Shown here one piece after another: positions 20,629-32,054 of a stretch of 64,000 nucleotides of DNA. The DNA is taken from assembly GCA_963843845.1 (NCBI GenBank), contig CAWJMB010000002.1, forward strand, positions 736,001 through 800,000. The letters run 5' to 3'. Position 1 is the stretch's first letter, and every line of letters begins with the position of its first letter. The notes under the pieces were generated by a model. It saw only the letters and a program-made list of their open reading frames with translations, was not told the DNA's origin and did not search any database. This DNA comes from an uncultured Gemmatimonadaceae bacterium. Lineage in GTDB: Bacteria; Gemmatimonadota; Gemmatimonadetes; Gemmatimonadales; Gemmatimonadaceae. The position numbers were made by a program, and so were the translations under genes.

Positions 20629-21816
20629 ATGCAAACGGAGATCCCCATGCGCGTGCTCGGTCTCGACGAGGTGCACTTCAAGAACAACTTCGAGCACTTC
20701 CGGCGCGACAACCTGACGCCGCAGAAGGTCCTCGATGCGCAGAAGCTCGTGTGGGCCGACCTCGGCGTCACCGGCGCGCAGCAGAAAACCAGGCCGGAGA
20801 ACTTCCTGGTCATCGGACAGCCGTTCGAGCACGGCGGGGAGTTCTACTCCAAGATCTTCAACGAAGAAGCTCTCGGTCCCCACTACGCCGTGCCGACGCT
20901 CAAAGCGCTTCACAACCGTGACGAGTCGGCGAACGTGAAGCAGAAGGTCGTCCCCGAGGTGCCGCTGGCCTGGTGGCACTCCGGCGACGACGAGGAGGCG
21001 GTGAAGAACTGGTACCGCGGGATCGCCGCGGAGGCGAAGGACGGCCGTGTGCTCTTCAACCTGCACTGGCCGGATGCGTGGGCCGCTCTGTTCCACGAGC
21101 CGGTGCACGAGGCCGCCCCCGACGGCGGGATCGGCTCGGCACCGAGATGGACGTTCGAGGGCTACTGCGAGATCTTCGCGGCGCTGCTCGCGGCGAAGCT
21201 CGGGGTCAGTTACGACAAGTACAAGCACCCCGACTACATCCCGTACGCGACGGAAGTCAAGAAGATGATCGACTTCACGTCGCCGTCGTGCGTCGCGAAG
21301 GCCTACTTCCTCAACGACGCGGAGTCGCTCGGGCGGCTCTGCCCGCTGTTCTGGAGCAGGGTCGCCGGGTACGAGATCGCGCCTGCGATCCCGGAGAAGT
21401 ACGTGCTGGGCGGCACGGCGGCGGAGGTCCCGCAGTTCGCCACCGAGCAGATCAAATCCGTAGTACAGCGCAACCAGAAGCCGGAGTGGTACAAGCGCTG
21501 GGTCAGGCTGTACGGGCGGAGCGACCAGATGCCGACGGTGCCGACCCCGCCCCCGATGAATATTCCCGTCATGGGTGACCTCGGCGGTCAGCCGGTGATT
21601 CCGACCCCGCCCCCGATGGGCGGCCATGGCGGTCAGCCGGTGATTCCGACCCCGCCCCCGATGGGTGGCCTTGGGGGGTCGCCGCCCATGGTCCGCGGGG
21701 CCCGCGGGGGCCCCGCCCCCCGTGGCGGGCCGGCCCTGGGCGGCCTCGGGGGGGGAATGGCCCAGCCGCAGCCGGCCGTGTTGACCGGAAAACTCCCACC
21801 CACCGACTGGGTCTGA
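20629..21816 (+). CDS. Hypothetical protein with HExxH-x16-E zinc-peptidase motif and Pro/Gly-rich repeat tail
   Basis: Long ORF with protein-like composition; LFHEPVH...PRWTFEGYCE; C-terminal PVIPTPPPMGG repeats. Confidence 0.7.
   Translation: MQTEIPMRVLGLDEVHFKNNFEHFRRDNLTPQKVLDAQKLVWADLGVTGAQQKTRPENFLVIGQPFEHGGEFYSKIFNEEALGPHYAVPTLKALHNRDESANVKQKVVPEVPLAWWHSGDDEEAVKNWYRGIAAEAKDGRVLFNLHWPDAWAALFHEPVHEAAPDGGIGSAPRWTFEGYCEIFAALLAAKLGVSYDKYKHPDYIPYATEVKKMIDFTSPSCVAKAYFLNDAESLGRLCPLFWSRVAGYEIAPAIPEKYVLGGTAAEVPQFATEQIKSVVQRNQKPEWYKRWVRLYGRSDQMPTVPTPPPMNIPVMGDLGGQPVIPTPPPMGGHGGQPVIPTPPPMGGLGGSPPMVRGARGGPAPRGGPALGGLGGGMAQPQPAVLTGKLPPTDWV
21583..21672 (+). repeat. 45-bp in-frame tandem duplication (GGQPVIPTPPPMGG)
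   Basis: GGCGGTCAGCCGGTGATTCCGACCCCGCCCCCGATGGG at 21583 and 21628; a partial third copy at 21541. Confidence 0.9.
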
Positions 21817-22205
21817 TCGACCCGTCACACCGGTCCGCGGGGCGATTCTCACGCCGCGGGCCGGCGCCCTGCCTGGCCGCGTTGGGAGCGCCCCGGCGCG
21901 ACCGGCAGGCGACACCCCCGACATGATCGACTTCCATCCCGTGCCCGGGTGTTCTGCGGCGCGGTGCTCCCAGCGCAGGCGACACGCCGCGGCGACTGAC
22001 GCGGCGTGCTACCTGGCGACGCCGAGGCGGTGACGCGACGGAGCGCCTGCCCGTGGTCGGGGCCGGCTTCTGTGCGCTACTCGACAGGAGGAACGAGAGA
22101 GGCAGCAGCGCGACGAACCATCGCGGTCGGCTGACTCGCCTGGTCCTCCGGTCGACGGCCGTTCACAGAAGATCGGGACGTGCCGCGACGTGTGACATGT
22201 CCTGC

Positions 22206-25200
22206 CTAACGGTCCGCTGTGTCGCGGGTCAGGCGCGCGTGGAGGCGGCGATACGACGCGAGCTGGGCGCGCATGTCGGCCGTCGGCGGGCCGACCTGGG
22301 GCTCGAGCGCCTGGTACAGTGCGCCGACGCGCGACTGTAGCTCGCTCACGGTGTCGGCCCGGGCACGCATCGCCGCGCCGCCGGCGCGGCTTCGCGCGGA
22401 GAGTGCGGCCGTCGAGCGGTAGAGCGTCTCGACCGAGTCGAGCGCGGCGTGCCAGGCACGCAGCGTCGCCGGCGCGGCGTCCTGCCGGCGGTCGGGGCGC
22501 ACGGCGAACGTGCGCCGCTCGACGACGCGCTCGCCGACGAGGAGCGCGACCTCGTAGTCGCCCGGCGGGACGAACGCGCCGGTCATCCCGCCGCGGCGCG
22601 GCGTGTCCACGTCCTCGCCGCCGGCCGCGGCAGCCGACGGAAGCGACGGCCGTCGCAGCGACCAGCTCGCGGTCGTCGCGCCGCGCCGCGTCGTGAGCGT
22701 CTGTCGCCACAGCTCGCGCGCGCCGCTCGCGTTTCCGGTAGCCCCGGCGCGCCGCACGACGAGCGTCGCCGCCGAGCCCGAGTCGCGCGCGAGCACCGTG
22801 AACGTGATGCCGCTCGGCGGATTCTCGCCGCGGAACATCATGTCGCCGGTGTGGCCGAGCCGCGGCGAGAGGCGCTGCTGATACGCGACGCTCGACACCG
22901 GCGCGAGCGACACGGCCGCCGCGTTCGACGAGCGGCTCGACGCGGCGAGCTGTCGCAGCGGACGCACGTCGTCGAGGATCCAGATGCCGCGGCCGTGCGT
23001 GCCGAGCACCAGCGCGTGGTCGCGCGCGTGGAGCGCGATGTCGTTCACCGGCACGGTCGGCAGGTTCGCCGCGAACGGCTGCCAGTGCGCCGCGCCGTCG
23101 GTCGAGACGAACAGTCCGAACTCGGTGCCGAGGTAGAGGAGCTGCGGGTCGGCGAGGTCCTCGCGCAGCACGTGCGGCACGCGGTCGGCCGGCAGGTCGG
23201 CGGCGATCGACGTCCACGTGCGTCCGTAGTCGGTCGAGCGGAACAGCCGGTTGCGGAAGTCGCCGTTCTGGTGGCCGTCGAACAGCGCGTATACCGTGCC
23301 GGCCGCGTGGCGCGACGCCTCGAGGTGGCGCACCCACGTGCCGGCCGGCACGTCCCGGCACGTTCGCCGTCACGTTCGTCCACGTCGTGCCCTCGTCGCG
23401 CGACACGTGGACCTGTCCGTCGTCGGTGCCGACGTAGAGCACGCGCCGGTCGCGCGGCGACTCGGAGAACGCGCTCGTCGTCGGGAAGAACGAGATCCCG
23501 TCGTCGAGCGACGGCGTCGTGGAGTCGGGGCGCTGCCCCATGATCGCGAGCGAGCGGCGGTCGACCTTCGTCGTGAAGTCGCCGAGCCGCGTCCACGACT
23601 CGCCGCGGTCGCGCGAGCGGTAGAGGTTGCGGAGGCCGCCGTAGAGCGTGCGCGGGTCGTGCGACGAGAGCGCGAACGGCGCGTTCCAGTTCGCGCCTTC
23701 CTGATAGCGCCCGACGAGCGGCGTCGGCGGTCCCCAGTTGCCGCGCTTGTAGACGTCCCCCTCGGGCCACGACGGGCGGATCGCGCGCCGCTCCATCGTC
23801 CTGAGGTCGACGCGCGTCAGCCCGAAGTACTGCGACGACGAGTAGAGCGTGCGATTGTCGGTCGTGTCGAACACCGTGTAGAAGCCGTCGCCGCCGCCGA
23901 CCTGGAACCAGTCCTCGTTCAGGATCCCGTCGTTCCACGCCGTCGCGCTCGGCCCGCACCAGTTCGAGTTGTCCTGCAGGCCGCCGCAGATGCGATACGG
24001 CACCGAGTTGTCGAGCCCGACGTGATAGAACTGCGAGACGGGGAGCGCGCGCTGATAGAGCCAGCGGCTGCCGCGGTCGTACGAGATGCCGAGCCCGCCG
24101 TCGTCGCCTTTCACGAGGTGGCGCGAGTCCTTCGGGTTCACCCAGATGATGCGGTCGTCGCCGTGCAGCGTCTGTCGCGGCTCGCGCCACGTCTTGCCGC
24201 TGTCGTCGGACACCGAGTACTGCACCTGGTACAGTCGCGCGTCGTCGCGCGGGTCGATGAGCAGCTTGCTCGAATAGCCGGGGCGCGGGTTGTGGTCGCC
24301 CATGAAGCGCCACGTGCGCCCCTTGTCGTCGCTGCGATAGATGCCGCCGCGCCGTTGCTCGTACGAGATGCTCGACGTGTAGCGCTCGCCCTGCTCGACC
24401 GAGGCGTAGACGACGTTCGGGTTCGTGCGGTAGACGGCGATGCCGATGCGGCCCAGCGTGCCGGCCGGCAGCCCGTTCGCGACGCCGCCGGCCGCGACGT
24501 TCGTGAGCTTCGTCCACGTCCCCCCCGCGTCGGTGGACTTCCAGAGCGCCGAGCCGGGGCCACCGCCGACGAAGCCGAACGCCTGGCGGCGGCGCTGGTA
24601 GGTGGCGGCGTAGAGCGTGTTCGGGTCGCTCGGGTCCATCACGACTTCGGTGACGCCGGTGTCCTCGTCGCCCTTCAGGACGAGCTGCCAGCTGCGCCCG
24701 CCGTCGCTCGTCTTGTACAGCCCGCGCTCCGCGCTCGGCGCCCACAGCTTGCCGGGGACGGCGACGTAGACGAGGTCGCGGTTCGTCGGGTGCGTGACGA
24801 TGCGCGCGATGTGGCCGCTCTCGCGGAGGCCGACGTTCGCCCACGTGCGGCCGCCGTCGGTCGACTTGTAGACGCCGTCGCCCCACCCCGAGCTCTGCCG
24901 GTTCGTCGCCTCGCCGGTGCCGACCCAGACGACGTTCGGGTCGCCCTGGAAGAGGCCGAGCGCGCCGACCGAGTGCACGCGCTCGCGCTCGAACACGGGC
25001 GTCAGCGTGATCGCGTTGTCGGTGGTCTTCCAGACGCCGCCGGTAGCGCTCGCGACGTAGATGGTCGTCGGATCGGATTCGAGGACGGCGACGTCGGTGA
25101 TGCGGCCGGACATCGTCGCGGGGCCGACCGGGCGGAAGCGGAAGGTGGCGAGCGCCGCGGCGTCCTGGGCCCGCGCGGGGCGAGCGGACGCGAGGCAGAC

Positions 25201-25230
25201 GGCGGCGAGCAGCGCGGTGCGGAGGCGCAT
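22206..25230 (-). CDS. VPS10/BNR-repeat beta-propeller protein (glycosyl hydrolase-like); apparent frameshift near 23350
   Basis: Signal peptide; GPATMSGRITD, many SxDxGxTW Asp-boxes, CGGLQDN, GGGDGF. The C-terminal half (LYLGTEFG, LVLGTHGRGIWILDD) is in another frame (ORF 22206-23351). Confidence 0.85.
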
Positions 25231-25338
25231 GAGTCGGGGAACGGGGATGGGGCCGATGTCGGATGACAAGTTACGGGCGCGCGCACGGCGCGCCGACCCG
25301 GCTTGCTCTGCGCCGCGCGGTACGCGAACGTCCGCGCC

Positions 25339-26661
25339 GTGACCTCGCCTCCCGCTCCCGTCGACTCGATCACCTCCGCCCATCGCCTCCGCTCGATCTT
25401 CGGCGGCTCGGTCGGCAACCTCGTCGAGTGGTACGACTGGTACGTCTACTCGGCCTTCTCGCTCTACTTCGCGAAGGCGTTCTTCCCGAACGGCAGTCAG
25501 ACGGCGCAGCTGCTGAACACGGCCGCGGTGTTCGCGATCGGCTTTCTCGTGCGACCCGTTAGGCGGCTGGCTCATGGGACGCTACGCCGACCGCCACGGC
25601 CGACGCGCCGCGCTCACGACGTCGGTGCTGCTCATGTGCGGCGGCTCGCTGCTGATCGCCGTCACGCCGGGGTACGCCACGATCGGCGTCGCCGCGCCGG
25701 CGGCTCCTCGTGTTCGCGCGACTGCTGCAAGGCATCAGCGTCGGCGGGGAGTATGGCGCGAGCGCGACGTACCTGAGCGAGATGGCGGGGCAGCGGCGGC
25801 GCGGCTTCTGGTCGAGCTTCCAGTACGTCACGCTCATCATGGGGCAGCTGCTCGCGCTCGGCGTGCTCGTCGTGCTGCAGCGCACGATGTCGGCGGACGC
25901 GCTCGAGGCGTGGGGGTGGCGGATCCCGTTCGTCATCGGCGCGCTCTGCGCGGTCGTCGCGATCGCGCTCCGCCGCGGGCTCGAGGAGACGACCGAGTTC
26001 GAGCGCGCGCGGCGGAAGCCGGGGCGCGCCGTCGCTCCGCGGGCTGCTCGCGCACCCGCGCGCGGTCGCCACGGTGGTCGGCCTCACGATCGGCGGCACG
26101 GTCGCGTTCTACACGTTCACGACCTACGCGCAGAAGTTTCTCGTGAACACCGCCGGCTGGACGAAAGACGACGCGACGCTCGCCTCGGCCGGCTCGCTGT
26201 TCGTGTTCATGCTCGTGCAGCCGCTCGTCGGCCACGTGTCGGACCTCGTCGGGCGTCGCCCCGTGCTCACCGCGTTCGGCGTGCTCGGCACGCTCGGCAC
26301 GGTGCCGGTCCTGACCGCGCTCGGGTCGGCGACGCACTTCGCGACCGGCTTCGGGCTGCTCGTCGTCGCGCTCCTCGCGGTGAGCGGGTACACGGCGATC
26401 AACGCCGTCGTGAAAGCCGAGCTGTTCCCCGCCGAGATCCGCGCGTTGGGGGTCGGCTTTCCGTACGCGGTGACGGTCTCGCTGTTCGCCGGGACGGTCG
26501 AGTACCTCGCGCTGTGGGCGCGGAGCGTCGGGCACGAGCGGTGGTTCTACTGGTACGTGACCGCGTGCATCGCCACGTCGCTCGTCGTGTACGTGACGAT
26601 GCCCGAGACGCGCGACCAGTCGGGGTTCCGCGCGGACGAGGCGGCGCCGAACGACGCGTGA
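25339..26661 (+). CDS. kgtP: MFS metabolite:H+ symporter (alpha-ketoglutarate permease-like); about 3 apparent frameshifts
   Basis: [59 protein letters not shown] and [15 protein letters not shown] distributed over four ORF pieces. Confidence 0.8.
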
Positions 26662-26693
26662 CGCATCCTGCGTGACGCCTCACGCGTGACGCG

Positions 26694-28188
<1,495 letters not shown>

Positions 28189-28264
28189 GTCGCCGACGCT
28201 GCCAGGCCGGCGCAAGCCGAGACGTCACAACGTCTTGCGAGCGGTGAAGTGCCCCGAGCGCGGC

Positions 28265-28293
28265 TTGACATGGTCGCACGTGTACGGTACATT
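28265..28293 (+). promoter_or_regulatory. Near-consensus sigma70 promoter driving a candidate small RNA
   Basis: TTGACA (28265-28270), 17-nt spacer, TACATT (28288-28293). No plausible plus-strand CDS follows. Confidence 0.75.
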
Positions 28294-28299
28294 TTCGGT

Positions 28300-28362
28300 C
28301 GAAATGGACTGGGAATGCCTGGTCGGCGCTGGGCTCCGGAGAATGCTCCGGGGCCCTTCTGC
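28300..28362 (+). ncRNA. Candidate DUF3800-associated structured ncRNA, convergent with the DUF3800 gene
   Basis: Hairpin 1 GACUGGG-AAUG-CCUGGUC (28307-28324) and hairpin 2 GGGCUCCGGAG-AAUG-CUCCGGGGCCC (28331-28356) followed by UUCU. Both pair fully only on the + strand (G-U wobbles). Abuts the DUF3800 stop. Confidence 0.7.
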
Positions 28363-29126
28363 TATTCGGTAGGAAACACTTTGAGCCCCCATCCGTCGAC
28401 CCGACCGTCCGGGCTCCGACGAAGGTGCGGCTCGAGAGTGTCGAACGCGCGATTCGGCTGACCGGGGCGGAGTACGTGGAGCCCGATGGGCCGCGCGACG
28501 AGGTCGGCGAACTGCAATCCGGTGGCGATGGACTTCTTGTCGGCCATCAGAATCTCGACCGGCGTGCGAGCGTAGCGCGAGTTCGCGCCGCCGGTCACCC
28601 GCCGAAACTGTACTTCGAGCTCGAGGTCCTCCTTCCCGCCTCGACACTCGAAGACGAAGTGCGTGAGCTTGCCGGTCTGCCCGTGTTCGCGGAGGAACGC
28701 GCAGACGCGCTCGAGGCCGAATTCCAGCGCGATCAGGTAGGGATTGTTCGGCTGGGCGTATCGATTCACGAGCTGCGCCTTCCGAATCACGATGCCGACG
28801 ATCGTCGCCGGCGCCTCGCTCATCAGGGTGGTGAGGTCGCCGAGAAAGGCCGCACGGCGCGACGCGTTGAGCAGGATGCGGAAGGGACCGTTCGACTTCC
28901 GGATGTCGTGCTCGTGCAGCACGACCTGGTCGTGACCGAAGTGCGCGAACTTGAACCGCATCACGGCCGGCACCAGCTCCGTCGCGAGGCGCGTCTTCGC
29001 AAAGATGCAGAAGGCGAGCACGAAGATCGGGTACTCCGGATCCATCGTCTGGAGTCCGTGGTCTCCGCTCTCGTCGACGTACACGATGTAGTCGCCGAAC
29101 GCCGCCGCCTGCGAACCGTCAGACAT
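28362..29126 (-). CDS. DUF3800 domain protein (RNase H-like fold predicted)
   Basis: YIVYVDESGDH, YPIFVLAFCIF, VLHEHDIRK, FECRG, GLQFADLVARPIG, GWGLKVFP. Start overlaps the HEPN gene stop. Confidence 0.85.
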   Translation of the reverse strand: MSDGSQAAAFGDYIVYVDESGDHGLQTMDPEYPIFVLAFCIFAKTRLATELVPAVMRFKFAHFGHDQVVLHEHDIRKSNGPFRILLNASRRAAFLGDLTTLMSEAPATIVGIVIRKAQLVNRYAQPNNPYLIALEFGLERVCAFLREHGQTGKLTHFVFECRGGKEDLELEVQFRRVTGGANSRYARTPVEILMADKKSIATGLQFADLVARPIGLHVLRPGQPNRAFDTLEPHLRRSPDGRVDGWGLKVFPTE

Positions 29127-29772
29127 CGCGACTCAGCCACCCCTTCCTGAGTCCGTCGGCGAGCAGAGCGCGCGCGTACTGCTCGGGGGAGTGGTCCGAG
29201 GCGTTGTTTCTCCGACGCGACTCGCCGCGCGCTTCGGCCGCGGCGTACTCCCGCACGGTCCGCTCCGCGTCCGGCGCACAACGCGCCCAGATCGCCCGCA
29301 TGACGTCGCGCTGCGTTCCGCCGCTCCTCGGCGTTCCTCCCGCCAGGCGACCGGTCGTCGGCGCCGCGGTCGCTCGCGTCGAGAGAGCGTCGAGCGACGT
29401 GACGATCTCGCGCGGCGCGCCGATGGACTCGGCGACGATGGCGGCCGTCTCGACGACCTGCCGCGCCTCGCGGTCCGTGAACGGCCGATCGTGCGCCACG
29501 CGGTTGCGTGCGTCGCGCAGCACCTGCACCGACGCCCTGAGCGCGTCGCCGGCGTGACCGGCGAAGAAGTGCACCGGGTTCGTGACCATCGCCTTGAGCA
29601 GCTCGTGCACGTCGGCCGTGGCACTCACGCGCGCGCCCGGCACCCGCGCCAACGTCTGCCGCACGTGGGCGTCGAGGTGCGGCCTGATGATCGCGAGCGC
29701 GCGCCGCACCCGCGCCGTGTTCGGAGGCTCGTCTCCGGCGCCGGCCGCCGGCGCACGCTGCGACACGGTCAC
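29119..29772 (-). CDS. Swt1-like HEPN domain protein with a small C-terminal domain
   Basis: GTG overlaps the mrr stop (GTGA); DVHELLKAM...LRDARNRVAHDRPFT contains the HEPN Rx4H motif. It is the 3' part of track ORF 29119-30444. Confidence 0.75.
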   Translation of the reverse strand: MTVSQRAPAAGAGDEPPNTARVRRALAIIRPHLDAHVRQTLARVPGARVSATADVHELLKAMVTNPVHFFAGHAGDALRASVQVLRDARNRVAHDRPFTDREARQVVETAAIVAESIGAPREIVTSLDALSTRATAAPTTGRLAGGTPRSGGTQRDVMRAIWARCAPDAERTVREYAAAEARGESRRRNNASDHSPEQYARALLADGLRKGWLSRDV

Positions 29773-30662
29773 TCGTCCAGCGCCAGGAAGTAGACCGGCC
29801 GGAGCGGCAGGCGCAGCTTGGCTTCCTGCGTCAACTGGTCGTAGTGCCGCACCCAGAGGTCGATCAGCGCCTTCAATCCGATGAGCGTGACGCGGTGCTG
29901 CTTGTCGTTGCGCACCTTCGCCTCGGCGTCCCTGGTGAAGTTGCCGGTGCTCACGAACAGCCCGACTTCCTCGGCGCCGAGGTTGCCCATGAAGGCCGAG
30001 ACGTCGCCGACGGCGACCGGCTTGTCGTAGCGCTTGACCTGCACCTTGATGCGCGGCGGGCGCGTGCCGAGCGGGTCGGCGAAGGCGACGATGTCGACGC
30101 CGTCGTCCTTGCCGGGCGGAGACACCCACGAGACGTAGTAGCCCATCGCGGTGAGCAGGTCCGCGACGAGGTACTGGAAATCGTAGGGGTTCATCCCTTT
30201 CAGGTGCTGCTCGATCTGCGCGCGCGCCTGCTCTTCGGCCGCCTCGAGCGCGATCACGGCCGAGGCTTCGACGATCTCCTCCGAGTCGTTCTCCGGCTCG
30301 GCCGGCGTCGCGGGCTGGCCCTTCTTCCACGACTGATACAGCTCGGCGCCGCGCCGGGTGAACTCGAGAGGGTCTCGGTGCTTCTTGTGGGCCTGCCACC
30401 CCTCGTCGGTGACGTACCAGCGCCCGCCGTCCTTCACGAGCCAACCGGCCTTCACGGGGCCGATGGTCGCGAAGCGCAGGATCTTGTCGAACCGGCGGCT
30501 GCCGTCGGAGTAGTGGCCGGCCTCGAAGTCGGTGAGGCCGACGCGCGTCGCCACCGCCTGAACGGCTTCGCCGGCGGGCATCCCCTCCGCGCCCTGCTCG
30601 TGCAGGATGTCGAACAGGGTGTGCACGAGGACGCCGTTGCGCTTCCAGCTGATGTCTGACAT
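29769..30662 (-). CDS. mrr: Mrr-family (type IV) restriction endonuclease
   Basis: Mrr_N wHTH (RFDKILRFATIGPVKAGWL), then FQYLVADLLTAMGY, DDGVDI, IKVQVKR, GLFVSTGNFT. Confidence 0.88.
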   Translation of the reverse strand: MSDISWKRNGVLVHTLFDILHEQGAEGMPAGEAVQAVATRVGLTDFEAGHYSDGSRRFDKILRFATIGPVKAGWLVKDGGRWYVTDEGWQAHKKHRDPLEFTRRGAELYQSWKKGQPATPAEPENDSEEIVEASAVIALEAAEEQARAQIEQHLKGMNPYDFQYLVADLLTAMGYYVSWVSPPGKDDGVDIVAFADPLGTRPPRIKVQVKRYDKPVAVGDVSAFMGNLGAEEVGLFVSTGNFTRDAEAKVRNDKQHRVTLIGLKALIDLWVRHYDQLTQEAKLRLPLRPVYFLALDE

Positions 30663-30678
30663 GACTAGGCGGTTCTCG

Positions 30679-32054
30679 TCAGGGCGTCGCGCGCGAACGA
30701 CCGCGTTTGCGCGTGGCGGGTGAGAGCGGTTCGGGGCGTGCGCGCGCGAGGAGCGCGGACGCCGGCTCGTCGCGCGGGTCCTGCGGTACGAGCTTGCCCT
30801 CGAACGCGCGCTTGAGGATCGACTGGCGGAGTCGTGCGGCGCGCGCGAGCTGAACGTCGATCTCGGCGACGGTGCGGTCTGCCACGGAGAGCGTACGCTC
30901 GATCTCCGCGACCAAGCCGCGCTGTAACGTCGAACGGTGGGACGGAACTGGATAGGCCCGGAAAATTCGCTTATTGATGTTCGGAACTGTGCCGCCAGGC
31001 ATTCCCTGATCGATCAGCCTGTGACCGCCGCGAGTGAGCACGTAGAACAGCCACGCACCGATCCAACTGGTAAGGCGCGTGCGCGATCGCCGCACGACGG
31101 CTTGATTCGTGGCCGCCTGAGGCCGAGCATTCCATAGACGCCCGAGCTGTGGCTTCCGATACGTCGCGCCGATGCATGCAACCAATTCCGTGCGGTCGGG
31201 AAGTCGTCGTGCGCGCCGAGGACCTGGATAGCCCGATGTTCCGTGCATGCGGACCTCGTCTGCGGCTATCGAGGTCCGTCGGTTTGAGGCACTGCGAGTT
31301 ACCCACCGGAGTTGGCTGACCGAAGTAGGCGGGTCGGTCCCGATTCGGCGTACCGCCACTACGCAGTTGAAGCCACGTTCGCGAGTGGCTGCATGCGCCA
31401 GCCCGCTTCGCCGCAGCGTCGGCCGAAGCGAGTCTGCCGCTGAGAACAGCGGGCGATAGTGCTCGATTCGCTTTCACGCCCGCTCCAGCCCCGCCACCGC
31501 CGCGTCGAGGTCCGACAGGTGCTCCTCGAGCGCGGCGACGATGCGGCGCTGCTCGGCGAGCGGCGGGACCGGGAATTCCAGACCGGCGAGCGCTCGGCGC
31601 CGAGGTGCGCGATGTTGTGGTCCACCGCGCAATCCTCTGAAAGCGACTGCGTACGCAAGTACGACCGAAAGACGAATAGCGGCGAACTCTGGAACGCACA
31701 TATGGGCCCGTCGGTCCGGAAGCGAATCAGTGTGTTCTGGAAACAGGCTCTGGGTACCTCCCCACGATAGATCGCGGGCCGTCCAACGAGCTCAAGGCTT
31801 TGTCCTTCGTTAGGAGCACATCCCGGATTCGCAGGCGGTAGAGCTCGTACTCGCCTGGCGAAAAGTTCATTTCGGCGACGTCTGACGTGCTCAATGCGGT
31901 CTTCGTACACATTGGCAACACGGAGATACGGCCGCACGTGTGCCCCCTGGTGGTTCTTGGGAGACCGTTGCCGACCGAGTCGCACGTCGCCGAGCGCCCG
32001 AACCGTGCTCCAGGCCCAGCCCCGCGGAAGCATAGGATGCTCGGCGTTCGTCAA
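30679..32054 (-). CDS. hsdS: Type I R-M specificity subunit S; heavily frameshifted
   Basis: LPRGWAW, PYLRVANV, PVPPLAEQRRIVAALEEHLSDLDA, SGGTPNR, RLRQSILKRAFEGKLVPQDPRDEPA spread over several frames; lower GC. Confidence 0.85.
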
